DNA of 64,000 nt, from assembly GCA_000002435.2 (NCBI GenBank), contig CM018790.1; one strand, written 5' to 3'. The translations under genes were made by a program, and so were the position numbers. A model generated the notes under the pieces. The model was not told the origin of the DNA. It was given only the letters and a program-made list of their open reading frames with translations, and did no database searches. This DNA is from Giardia intestinalis (Eukaryota). Positions 29,301-37,495 of the stretch are shown piece by piece; the first letter of the stretch is position 1; each line of letters opens with the position of its first letter.

Positions 29301-31178
29301 TCCGGGTCTCGCTGCAGCCTCCTCTGCTACCTCGTGTTTGTCTTGCTATGGCAGGGATCCACCCAATACCAGGGCGTGTTGATCAATCACTGGGTTAAGG
29401 ACCAGTATCATTTCAAACTGTCTGACACCGATAAGTCGTACAACTACAAGTACATCGGGATTTACGCCGGAATGACCGTGTCTACGATGCTTATGGCCTA
29501 CCTGTCGTCTGTCTTCCTCGTCTCGTTCATTAATTCTGCCGCGCGCGCACTCTTCAAGAAGATGCTCCGATCTATCTTCAGATCGCCGATGTCGTTCTTT
29601 GACACAACTCCGACGGGGCGGATCCTCAACCGCTTCAGCAAGGACACAGACTCCATGGACATCCAGGTGATGCGGTTCATAAACCAGGCGCTGGGGAATG
29701 GCGCGTCGCTGGTAGGGATGCTCGTAATGATATGCGTCCTGGCCTGGCCGGCCCTTATAGTCGTCATCCCGACGATCATCCTCTACGCTGTCATCTTCTT
29801 CATGTTCCGCCGCGTTGCCCCGCAGGTGAAGCGACTGGAGAGCATAACCAAGTCCCCGGTCATCAACATCTGCACAGAGAGCCTTGGGGCTCTGCCGTCG
29901 ATTCGTGCGTACAGCTTCGAGTCCCACTTCATCGCCAAGGCCCGGGAACAGATAACGATCAACTCGTCGGCATACTGGATGCAGATCTCTCTCCCCCGCT
30001 GGCTGAGCTTCCGACTGAACGTCATTGGGGCCTTCTTTTGCGGCTTCATCGCTCTTATCAGCTGCGTCATTGCGCCTGTCAACATCGGCGGGATACAGTT
30101 CATTCAGTATGCGGGCCTGATACTGTCGTACTCCTTCAACATCCAAATGATACTCAGTCAATTCGTCACGGCGTGGGTCCAGGCGGAGGCCGAGGTCACA
30201 TCCATAGAGCGCGTCATGGAGTACGGCGACCTGCCTGCAGAGGACTTGAGCGATAGGGCTAACAAGATCATTGAGTCATGCACGCTGGCGAGCGAACTTT
30301 GGCCCCGTGCTCCAGAGGCGGGAATCAAGGTCAAAAATCTCAACTTCCGCTACCGCCCCGATCTGGATCTAACGCTCAGGGACTGCAACTTTGAGATCCT
30401 GCCCGGCGAGCACGTCGGGGTGGTCGGGCGCACAGGGGCAGGGAAATCGTCGCTGACCGTCGCGTTCTTCCGCCTTGCAGAGCCGGACGCCGGCAGCTCC
30501 ATCGTCATCGACAACGTCAACCTGCTGGCGGATGTTGGCCTTCACCAGGCCCGCCAAGCGATCGCCATCATTCCCCAGGAGCCCTTCCTGTTTTCAGGCA
30601 CGCTGCGCCAGTCCCTCTGTGCTTACTCTGCTTCCGTTGCAGAGGGACTGCAGCCGGGGCCTGGCGTTGAGAAAGTTCCGGACGAGAAGCTCTGGCGGGT
30701 GCTCGAGCAGGTCCGCATGCGCGAGTACTTCGAGAAGCAACCCGGCGGACTCGACGCCAAGATCGCAGCCAATGGGGACAACCTCTCTGCAGGTCAGCGT
30801 CAGCTTGTCTGCGTGGCTCGCGCACTGGTTCGAGAGCCCCGCTGCGTCGTGCTCGACGAGGCCACCGCCCAGGTCGACCGGGAAAACGACCGACTCATCC
30901 AGGACGCTATTCGGGAAAACCTGGCCGACACGACAATCTTCTCGATTGCTCACCGCCTCGACACTATCATAGACTTCGACCGCATTCTCGTCGTTGACGC
31001 AGGTAGAATTGCTGAGTACGACACTCCTGCCAACCTCCTCCGCAGGGAAAACTCCATCTTCAGTCACCTTGTCGCCAAGACGGGGGAGGAGACCGCTGGG
31101 AAGCTCAGAGCCGCGGCCTTCTTGGCGGAGCAGCAACGTGCGAAGGGCGAGAAGGTGGACATCTCTGCGTACTTTTAG
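26382..31178 (+). CDS. ABC transporter of the ABCC/MRP subfamily, 1,598 aa, 'short' type: TMD1-NBD1-TMD2-NBD2 with no TMD0. A ~230-aa lysine-rich insertion sits between TMD1 and Walker A of NBD1, and a ~50-aa insertion lies between Walker A and the Q-loop of NBD1.
   Basis: NBD1 has GICGPVGAGKTTLFSALLGE, LSGGQKARVALARAVY and ILLLDDPLSAVD. NBD2 has GVVGRTGAGKSSL, LSAGQRQLVCVARAL and VVLDEATAQVD. The N-terminus carries the ABCC-type motif (FDKANFSTKRPLQSLYCSCLNPFFTFMSPIIKRS). GC3 is high. Confidence 0.85.
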   Translation: MSASETLSSGAVQDGQKQAAGHVRKGCCTKNYPPPPSDFDKANFSTKRPLQSLYCSCLNPFFTFMSPIIKRSGRQGTLYLSDLHPPVDRHCPQIAATDFVREWNKKVYKGKQPSIILSVIRASMGRFITACIMILFFVAAQMVAPFTIQRISNHLITTVPGSIGQQKNTWDAIVAVLQITYPYILAVFFGQLIYALSDSILWYLLSDMVSRFLGGTLDILYNKMLSLSDITRQNSAAGNLVNLLFADTMRISNFMLLLIFVMTMPLMFVCYLVYMAIEIDPKGIGGLIALFIILPIVGLILFAFTRLLFSLLSMTDLRVKKISEVLNGMKVVKLFGMEDVQEARVMNIRNKEIGMIFRFGIILSGFGLVVNGAAPLMSLFGFLFFMTSSSFDVANAYTAVFVYNMLGLVFVFMPLMMSGISESKISSKRILTFITLPQPDYGVVTRERSYTLTKGETVPYAIKTSNQPSFCWGLREDSIIPPLLDPMFKDNMKKQRQVLQLYPRFKKHYEKKVKEYKAWKTKNPSVSVDATEEDILLNRFDSIDVTDKEADAMRYIDSWVIEFGLLPPDKVTSFGAYIPQAYQASPDDNPYQVLKKTFLHRIVVRGLYDLAAEQNQVSRDLKKYRKDPARCKQIIDAQLDKNPNHVDLPPRIKNLDLSIPKGYLVGICGPVGAGKTTLFSALLGELRLVREQRAKLDSYKFNNLEIKFDYQTGLTPPTSFVEKYSTEDPRFDPQIPHVHIYGSVAYFAQSSCIFSGTLRDNIVFYRPFDRARYEKVLDICCLIPDLKLFKAGDLTEIGEKGVSLSGGQKARVALARAVYSGCDILLLDDPLSAVDSHVGQRLWNEVICGFLKEQGTTVLIASHQTQYFGNCDLVIRIEDGEIVHSDTPDNLMNKGIDFGFSRTTSVASGLNNAGRIESVASQLVIPTQTDEEKRRDLALVTDDGNEAKGKLMLAEAFAQQGSVSGTFYKRWFRSGSRCSLLCYLVFVLLWQGSTQYQGVLINHWVKDQYHFKLSDTDKSYNYKYIGIYAGMTVSTMLMAYLSSVFLVSFINSAARALFKKMLRSIFRSPMSFFDTTPTGRILNRFSKDTDSMDIQVMRFINQALGNGASLVGMLVMICVLAWPALIVVIPTIILYAVIFFMFRRVAPQVKRLESITKSPVINICTESLGALPSIRAYSFESHFIAKAREQITINSSAYWMQISLPRWLSFRLNVIGAFFCGFIALISCVIAPVNIGGIQFIQYAGLILSYSFNIQMILSQFVTAWVQAEAEVTSIERVMEYGDLPAEDLSDRANKIIESCTLASELWPRAPEAGIKVKNLNFRYRPDLDLTLRDCNFEILPGEHVGVVGRTGAGKSSLTVAFFRLAEPDAGSSIVIDNVNLLADVGLHQARQAIAIIPQEPFLFSGTLRQSLCAYSASVAEGLQPGPGVEKVPDEKLWRVLEQVRMREYFEKQPGGLDAKIAANGDNLSAGQRQLVCVARALVREPRCVVLDEATAQVDRENDRLIQDAIRENLADTTIFSIAHRLDTIIDFDRILVVDAGRIAEYDTPANLLRRENSIFSHLVAKTGEETAGKLRAAAFLAEQQRAKGEKVDISAYF

Positions 31179-31194
31179 TCCGAGTGCACCCGTG

Positions 31195-31212
31195 TTTACT
31201 TACTGAGTAAAC
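31195..31212. terminator. Overlapping convergent polyadenylation signals: AGTAAAC on the plus strand (31206-31212) for the ABCC gene, and AGTAAAC on the minus strand (31195-31201) overlapping the WD40 stop codon.
   Basis: Read directly: ...gtttacttactgagtaaac... The Giardia polyA consensus is AGTRAAY. Confidence 0.6.
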
Positions 31213-34082
31213 GAGAAGTAGCTATAGCTCATGTCGATTAGGGCACAGTCTGCGCGAAGGAGCTGGATCTTCCTCAGGTAGTTACTCATGAGCCGGGCCA
31301 GCTCCTCGACTGTGCTGGCGATGCGATCCCCATATGCAGAGACGATGGCACCTACCGGATAAGCACGGAATGTCGCTAGCAAGAGGATGGAGCCTAGCCT
31401 CGAGAGACGTCCGTTACGCATCCAAATCTGTGCCAGATGAAGCAGCTCTGGTACACGAATAAGACCTGTGGCCTCGATAGCCTCCGCCAGAAATCTCATT
31501 TGGTCCTCAGAATCGCATACCTTTGCTATGATCTTTTGCAAGTAAATGTCTGCATCTCTGACAGATCGTGCTGTATGTGGGACCGTGTCTATTCGATTCT
31601 TTGATGTATAAATGTTGAGAGCTAATCGAAAAGCCTTGACAACAGCATCTCGGTCTAATGAGGAGCCAACAAGTACGCTTTCAACCTCTTCCTTCTGGAG
31701 GATACAGAGGCTTTCCGCTTCTTTCTCCTTTTGTCGCACCTCCTCTGTGTTATCGACATACCAGCGTATAATACCGTCGCTATCTCCGGTAATACAAGCG
31801 CGGCCATCATCTAAAACTATGAGGCCCCACATTTTCCTGAGACTCTCTGTGCCATACAGATGGTCAACTTCAAGACCGAGGTCGCGGATCTTCCGTGCAT
31901 TTTGTAAGGACAACACACAGTCTGCTGTCTCCAAATTCCAGACCTTTATTAAACCGTCTGCTCCAACAGATACAAGCTGCTGCCCATGAGACATGAAGCA
32001 CGCCCGCATAACCGCGTTGCCATGTCCCTCTAATGTTTTGAAAAGAGAGAGCTTCGTGTCACCACTATTACCCCTCCCAGTTATCTGCACTAAACGAATA
32101 CGCTTATCTCCGCAGGCAAGAGCGAGCAGCTTTTCATGCAGTGAGTACTCAACAGACCAAATGGTGCGCTTAGCAGCCTTTTGCATTTCTACGATAAATT
32201 GAGGATGCGATAGATCATCAACGCCCCACAACTTCAAGCTAAGATCTGCTGAAACAGTGGCTAACTGCCGTTGATTCGGAGATAGAGCAATATGGTTGAT
32301 AGAATCAAGGTGAGCCAAAACCGTTGCAGTAGGATGGAGCGTCCTGGGCGTAAGGACACTGTCATCACTTAGTTGAGCAAATGCAGATAAATCGTAGATT
32401 CGTAAGCATTTATCCGCTGCACCTGTTGCGGCAAACCACCGTTTGCCCGCACATAGCACTACACAGTCTATATCAGAAGCAGCATCCTCTAGTATGGCTG
32501 TGCATACCCACGGTGTAATTGCCAACTGAAGGGGGTAGGCCAGAACATTCTGTTCATTGCCAGCAGAGTGAGAGACCTGCAGTGAGGCATAAAGGTCAGT
32601 GGTGCTGATATCTACCTCTAAAGGAAGGCGCTGCCAAAGCCGAACAGTCCCATCCTTTGATGCAGTGCAAAAGGCGCTCGACTCAGCAGATGCCCCAATG
32701 CACGTCACGTAGTCGCTGTGGCCATAGCACGAATAGTTTTGCACAACAGTTACTGCCCCCGACTCTTCACTGCTCTCGAGGTAACGAATGACACGGACCT
32801 GATTGGAACTAGTTCCTATAGCCAGCTCGTTGCTTGAAACCTTCTTAATGTCAAGCACTTCCCCGCTATCAGAGCAGATGGTAGAGACGACCAGCATGCG
32901 AAAACGTGGAAGCTGACTGTACTCTGAAATGGAAAGGGGGTCTGGTAACTGCTTACCTGGGGGACAGATGTATTCCATGGTTGTAGCATCAAAGAGGAGA
33001 ATAAGTAGATCCGACGTCGTTGATAGAAGAAAGTGGTGCACGGCAGCATCGGATGGTCTGCTCGAACCCACCGAATAAGGAATCTTGTAGGAAAAGCTGC
33101 AGATGCCGACATAGCTGTTATGCTTACGGCTCCCCGGAGGGTCGGAAACGAAGTCCTCGGCAAACGGACGGCCCAAGTACTTTGAACAGTAGTGGTGATT
33201 GGTACTCATAAGATCTTTGCTGTAGTTGAGATCCATTCCTGTCGAGGCATAGTGATTGACGTAGTTCTCTGTGGTCTTTGTGTTGAAGACCTCAGACAGC
33301 ACAAATCGCAACATGTCACCATCGCTTGTAGAAGGGCCGACAAGAGCATCTCCGCAGACGACCATATCAACAAACGTGCTGTGAATGTTGACAATGCGCT
33401 TCTGAATAAGTGATCCTGCAGCTATTTGTGTAATAACTAGGACCTTGTCTTCACCGGACGAAATTAGGTAGTCATCCAGCAAGGTAAATGCAAAAATGGT
33501 GCTTAGATGTGCAGTAATTTTCCCAATGCATTGCTTTGAATGCAACTCGTGGACGAGTAGCTCAGAGCGTGATAGAGTAATGAGATACAAGTATTGATTT
33601 GGGGACTCCATGTCATAGAGAAACATGGACTTAACACACAGTGTTGAAAAATCTCTGAAGCAGTGAGTGTCGTAGAGACCATCGTAGTTACACACACGAA
33701 CGCTTTTATCCGCAGATGTAGTGGCAAAAAGTGACCCGGTTGCGTCGAAGACTATGCAGGTTATTACAGCCTGGTGACTGGATTTACGGGTCCGGAGGAC
33801 CAAACCCTTTTCCAGGTCGACAACATAAATGACTCCAGATTTGCTCGCAACTACGGCCTCATCCCTCGTGGGGTGTATTACCATGGCAGTGAGCATATCC
33901 CCCTCGTCGCTAACTGAGATGGAGGCATCGTAGCGGCCATGTGGTACGGTCAGGAGGGACAGACGATTGTCGTAAAAACAGACTAATCTAGCCCCATCCT
34001 TCGTTGGTAGAACGGGACCACCTGTATAGAACTTTTCTAACGATAGTACTTGGTTAAAGCTCGTGCGAAGATGCCATGCCAT
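31200..34082 (-). CDS. WD40-repeat protein, ~960 aa, with a C-terminal helical domain; probably a small-subunit processome UTP-type protein (Utp12/Utp13/PWP2-like). The ORF track start at 34085 is a TTG; the first ATG is at 34080-34082.
   Basis: Multiple WD repeats (e.g. SLFATTSADKSVRVCNYDG, DGTVRLWQ, DLSLKLWGVDD, DGLIKVWNLET) followed by a ~200-aa alpha-helical tail, as in Utp12-domain proteins. Confidence 0.6.
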   Translation of the reverse strand: MAWHLRTSFNQVLSLEKFYTGGPVLPTKDGARLVCFYDNRLSLLTVPHGRYDASISVSDEGDMLTAMVIHPTRDEAVVASKSGVIYVVDLEKGLVLRTRKSSHQAVITCIVFDATGSLFATTSADKSVRVCNYDGLYDTHCFRDFSTLCVKSMFLYDMESPNQYLYLITLSRSELLVHELHSKQCIGKITAHLSTIFAFTLLDDYLISSGEDKVLVITQIAAGSLIQKRIVNIHSTFVDMVVCGDALVGPSTSDGDMLRFVLSEVFNTKTTENYVNHYASTGMDLNYSKDLMSTNHHYCSKYLGRPFAEDFVSDPPGSRKHNSYVGICSFSYKIPYSVGSSRPSDAAVHHFLLSTTSDLLILLFDATTMEYICPPGKQLPDPLSISEYSQLPRFRMLVVSTICSDSGEVLDIKKVSSNELAIGTSSNQVRVIRYLESSEESGAVTVVQNYSCYGHSDYVTCIGASAESSAFCTASKDGTVRLWQRLPLEVDISTTDLYASLQVSHSAGNEQNVLAYPLQLAITPWVCTAILEDAASDIDCVVLCAGKRWFAATGAADKCLRIYDLSAFAQLSDDSVLTPRTLHPTATVLAHLDSINHIALSPNQRQLATVSADLSLKLWGVDDLSHPQFIVEMQKAAKRTIWSVEYSLHEKLLALACGDKRIRLVQITGRGNSGDTKLSLFKTLEGHGNAVMRACFMSHGQQLVSVGADGLIKVWNLETADCVLSLQNARKIRDLGLEVDHLYGTESLRKMWGLIVLDDGRACITGDSDGIIRWYVDNTEEVRQKEKEAESLCILQKEEVESVLVGSSLDRDAVVKAFRLALNIYTSKNRIDTVPHTARSVRDADIYLQKIIAKVCDSEDQMRFLAEAIEATGLIRVPELLHLAQIWMRNGRLSRLGSILLLATFRAYPVGAIVSAYGDRIASTVEELARLMSNYLRKIQLLRADCALIDMSYSYFSFTQ

Positions 34083-35095
34083 CAAACCTTAAAAATACAA
34101 TTATTTCTTTTTTAATGCCCGCTACACTCCATGTTGTCACGCCTGGCAAGCTTCCTTTGGGGTCTGTAGCACGCGCAGCCTATGGAATTCGTCGCAGCCC
34201 CATTTATGAAGTCGTAGTTGCGGATAGCCTTGATTACCTCCTTGAGTCTAATTCGACTGCCGAGCAGGTAGACGCCCGAGGGCTACTTTGTCGAGCGGCC
34301 ATAGATTCTCTTACTAAGGTCACTGATGGTCAGCATGTGCGATGCCTATCTGAGCTCCTTCTGCCCTGTACCAGTTGCGATCTTTTATGGCCGGTAACCT
34401 TTGAAGTGTCGCGGCTGATGACGCTTGAGCATGCTTCCGCCGTTTTTGACAAGAAGGTAAAGAACCTCCTGGCCTCGGAAACGCTTCTGCCATGCATTAT
34501 CTCCGCTCTGGCAAAGACCCACCAACGCTATCCTATCCGGGTCTGTGTCAGCGAATACCCTACCTTGGATGGCTTTCTGAATGCTCCTACAAAGCCATGT
34601 CTCCTTCCAACGGGGCAATTGTTTAGGACAACTCGGGGGAGGATAGTTAGCAAAACACTAACACCCCTTCCATATCTTAGACAGAATCCCGTGACAGAAG
34701 TGGACAAGGAGCACTCAACCATATACTGCACAGATACACCGGCAGAGATAGCAAAGAAGATCGCAAAAGCTTATTGCCAGCCCACAGACATAGAGAACAA
34801 CCCTCTTTTGGCATACCTAGAGGAGATTGTATTCCCGTATAGCAAACTAGTCACAGGGAAACCTATACACATAAATGCCGTAGTTTATAATGATATGGAA
34901 GAAGTCCGAAGAGCGTTCCGTGAGGATAAGATCACGCCCCAGTGTCTGAAGAAGGTTATGGCAGAGAAATTAGGGGAGATCGTCTCGCGTATCCAGGGCT
35001 TCCCACAGTATGCTGAGGCTGAGGCACTACTGAAGACCGTGCTCGATAAGGAGAAGCAGGAAAAGAAGAGTAAGAAAGACAAGAAGCAAAAGTGA
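34076..35095 (+). CDS. Hypothetical protein, 339 aa (326 aa if it starts at the second ATG, 34115, which directly follows the AT-rich initiator). It has a Lys-rich C-terminal tail (KEKQEKKSKKDKKQK) and no recognisable domain.
   Basis: Clean ORF. The ATG at 34076 overlaps the 5' end of the divergent WD40 gene by 7 nt. The ATG at 34115 is preceded by cttaaaaatacaattatttcttttttaATG. Confidence 0.5.
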   Translation: MPSNLKNTIISFLMPATLHVVTPGKLPLGSVARAAYGIRRSPIYEVVVADSLDYLLESNSTAEQVDARGLLCRAAIDSLTKVTDGQHVRCLSELLLPCTSCDLLWPVTFEVSRLMTLEHASAVFDKKVKNLLASETLLPCIISALAKTHQRYPIRVCVSEYPTLDGFLNAPTKPCLLPTGQLFRTTRGRIVSKTLTPLPYLRQNPVTEVDKEHSTIYCTDTPAEIAKKIAKAYCQPTDIENNPLLAYLEEIVFPYSKLVTGKPIHINAVVYNDMEEVRRAFREDKITPQCLKKVMAEKLGEIVSRIQGFPQYAEAEALLKTVLDKEKQEKKSKKDKKQK

Positions 35096-35097
35096 AT
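35091..35097 (+). terminator. AGTGAAT polyadenylation signal overlapping the TGA stop (35093-35095) of the 34076-35095 gene.
   Basis: Sequence ...caaaAGTGAATcact... The minus-strand gene's stop codon starts 1 nt later, at 35097. Confidence 0.55.
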
Positions 35098-36527
35098 CAC
35101 TCGTTGAAGATGGCCCACAAGGACCGAGATTCTTGCTCGTGCTCGTACTCATAGTCCACCTCGCTACTGACAGCGTTGTGGAGGCTCGACTCGCTCCGGA
35201 AAGAGTCTAGTGCCCCTCCTTCCAAGTGGCTAGCGAGGTCTTCACGAATACTGGCAGGCAATCCGCGATCGTTGCGCACGCTTTCTGCAGCAGTGAGCCC
35301 GCTATGCTCAGCTCGCTGTCTTTTACGTTGCACAGAAGCATCCTCTTCTGGATCGACAGTTCCCTCTCTTGCTGCTTGAAGAGCGCGATAAAAGTCTCCG
35401 TGCTGAGCATCAAATAACTGAAGCTTTGCTTGCCTGACACCTGCAGGAGCAATATATTCCTGAATAGAGATGTCGCTTGCCAGACTCAAATCAATTGGTA
35501 TGGACATTGCAGTCGCCTGTGCGCCCTGAGCTAAAAGCGATCCTAGACTTGCCAACTGTTCGTGTGCTGCAGATTCTGCATAGTGCCGATGGTAAAGATG
35601 TCTGCGTACAAGAGATGGGGGCCGTACGTCTACGCCCTCAAGGTCGAGGTCTACATTACGAAGAACATCACCAATGGTTAGCTTGGCGAATAGCTCTGAT
35701 GATTGCATTTCTTGGAGACGGCGCGCAATGGTGTCTGGAGAACAAAAGACACAGCGGGAAATGCGATGAATGGGTATCCCATAGTTTAGTAACTTAAGCG
35801 CAACAAAAATACTGGCGCCTAACAAGCCTGATGGAAGCCTGCCGGTGTGAATATTAATAGCGGTAGAGGCCTTAAGAATGTACTTAGATACAACAAGAGT
35901 ATGCTCACGGAGCTGATCCACAGATGTTATGTGGATATTAGCGAAAAGCATACAATCTCTGTTGTCTTGAAATGCAGTCGTGAACTCTTCTTTCAGAATA
36001 CTATCCACAAACCGTGGTAACAGTGATTCAAGATCCTGGTAAGGTAGCTTGATATTATATTGACGCAGAAATGGCTGTATGTACTTGTTGAGCGTGAAAA
36101 CAGAAACGTTAAGAGCATCTGCATAGTCTATCAGAAGATGGGAGAGGTTGTGCTGTCGCCCCACAATGTAAAGAAGAGCTGCTGCCAAGAGATTGTTTCT
36201 CCGTCCTCTCGTTGCTTTGTCGCGCAGACAATTGGCATAGTAGTCGCTGGCTTTCCGAACAAGCTCCATTGGTAAATTTAGAATCATTGCAATTGTCTCT
36301 AGCTCCTTGGAAAAGTGTTTGATTGCAAGACTGCGAGCCGTGGAGGAGGTGTTAGCGCTTATGAAGTTCCCCATCACGGTGGACACACCATTTTGATCTT
36401 GGTAGATTAGATCATTGACAATGAGAGTGTCCATGATTACAAGCCCACAGTTACCACAGAACACTTTTGCTTGGCCCTCGTCAGTTATCGTGCTATTGGA
36501 AAGGCAAAATGGACATGAAATGGACAT
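35097..36527 (-). CDS. TFIIB-related transcription factor, 476 aa: an N-terminal zinc ribbon and two cyclin-like repeats plus a ~150-aa C-terminal extension. BRF1/TFIIIB-like or TFIIB.
   Basis: MSISCPFCLSNSTITDEGQAKVFCGNCGLV is a C-x2-C...C-x2-C zinc ribbon. Two cyclin-fold repeats follow (…LLAAALLYIVGRQHN…; …GLLGASIFVALKLLNYGIPI…). ATG at 36525-36527 with an AT-rich initiator. Confidence 0.65.
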   Translation of the reverse strand: MSISCPFCLSNSTITDEGQAKVFCGNCGLVIMDTLIVNDLIYQDQNGVSTVMGNFISANTSSTARSLAIKHFSKELETIAMILNLPMELVRKASDYYANCLRDKATRGRRNNLLAAALLYIVGRQHNLSHLLIDYADALNVSVFTLNKYIQPFLRQYNIKLPYQDLESLLPRFVDSILKEEFTTAFQDNRDCMLFANIHITSVDQLREHTLVVSKYILKASTAINIHTGRLPSGLLGASIFVALKLLNYGIPIHRISRCVFCSPDTIARRLQEMQSSELFAKLTIGDVLRNVDLDLEGVDVRPPSLVRRHLYHRHYAESAAHEQLASLGSLLAQGAQATAMSIPIDLSLASDISIQEYIAPAGVRQAKLQLFDAQHGDFYRALQAAREGTVDPEEDASVQRKRQRAEHSGLTAAESVRNDRGLPASIREDLASHLEGGALDSFRSESSLHNAVSSEVDYEYEHEQESRSLWAIFNE

Positions 36528-36589
36528 TCTTTTTTGATTGTTTACTCTGTCCCAGCAGATGATGATTCACTCCACCCAGCGGTTGCTCC

Positions 36590-36875
36590 CAGTGCTGTGC
36601 TGCCAGATTTACCTGCGGGTATGGTCTAGCAATCTTGTGGGTAAATTGTCGCTTAATTCCTAGCCAATCCGGAGACGACTGTTGGTCATTGATAACATAA
36701 CAAGAGGGTCCTCTCCAGTGATACATCCAGGGCCCGGTACATTTCTCTTCCGTTTCATGGGCGTGTGCTCTGTCTGGATGTGCACGTCAGCCTACCTAGG
36801 ATTCAACTTACTTGCCCATCTGCGTCGTCCACCAGTGATTTCTCTCCTTGGTCTACCGCTCTGATGGTGGAGGGT
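36590..36875 (+). repeat. Copy A of a diverged direct repeat of ~285 bp, roughly 65-75% identical by eye to copy B at 42062-42350.
   Basis: Matching blocks: GTGCTGCCAG/GTGCTACCGG; ccGGAGACgActgTTGGTcaTTGATaACATAACaAGaGG vs ccGGAGACaAaggTTGGTtgTGGATgATATAACgAGgAG; GTGTGCTCtGtCTGgaTGTGCAC vs GTGTGCTCaGCTGAgTGTGCAC; CaTCtgCGTCGTCCACCAGTG...CTCTCCTTGGTCT vs CATCGTCCACCAGTG...CTCTCCTTGGTCT. Confidence 0.55.
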
Positions 36876-37495
36876 CTTAACAGTTGATGTTCCTGGACCG
36901 ACGCCTCGACAGACCGAAGCATCACCCAAGTGTGCTGTGCAGATGGACCAGCCCACACGTCACCGAGCCAGACGCACTGCACAGGGTGAGCGTCGACATG
37001 ATCTCGCGCTGGATGGTGGAGCACCTCTGCGATCCGTGAGCAGAGGGTCATACTTCTCCCCCGACACCACCGCATAGGAGCTGTCCACTGGCATCCACGA
37101 ATGCGTACTATGACTCCAAGATAGAGGCGCACGGGGAGCGCACCTCCGATCATACTCGGGACCGATGCTCGCTTCATGAGAAGACGAAGAGGCACCCGAG
37201 GAACGGGGTAGATACCCGGGGTCGCGGTGTGCAATCTCCGTCGTAGAGCATCAGCACCACAAAGCTACTCCGGAGTGCATGGCCAGAGTCAACTGCTCTG
37301 AGGCCAGATCGCCGCGACAGACGCAAGGCCCGAGACAGCGGGTGCTCAATAGATGTCAGACGATAGCTGACCCAAGCCAGTCAGAGAGAAGAGACGCCCC
37401 GGAGCGCATAGTGGAGCACCCAACGGCTCCCAGGCGGGATGCACAAGGCTCTTCTCCAGAGTGGGCGGCATCCGAGCTTCGGACTCTGGACGGGT

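Noticed and set aside
26490-31136. Many long antisense or out-of-frame ORFs inside the ABCC gene (e.g. 28697-29236, 29346-30161, 30594-31136)
   Set aside because: They are artefacts of GC3-rich coding sequence. None has motifs, and the sense frame carries complete ABCC signatures.
34076-34085. Apparent 10-bp overlap of two divergent start codons (WD40 gene and the 34076 gene)
   Set aside because: The WD40 'start' at 34085 in the ORF track is a TTG. Its first ATG is at 34082, and the plus gene may really start at 34115 behind the AT-rich initiator. The overlap is probably an ORF-caller artefact.
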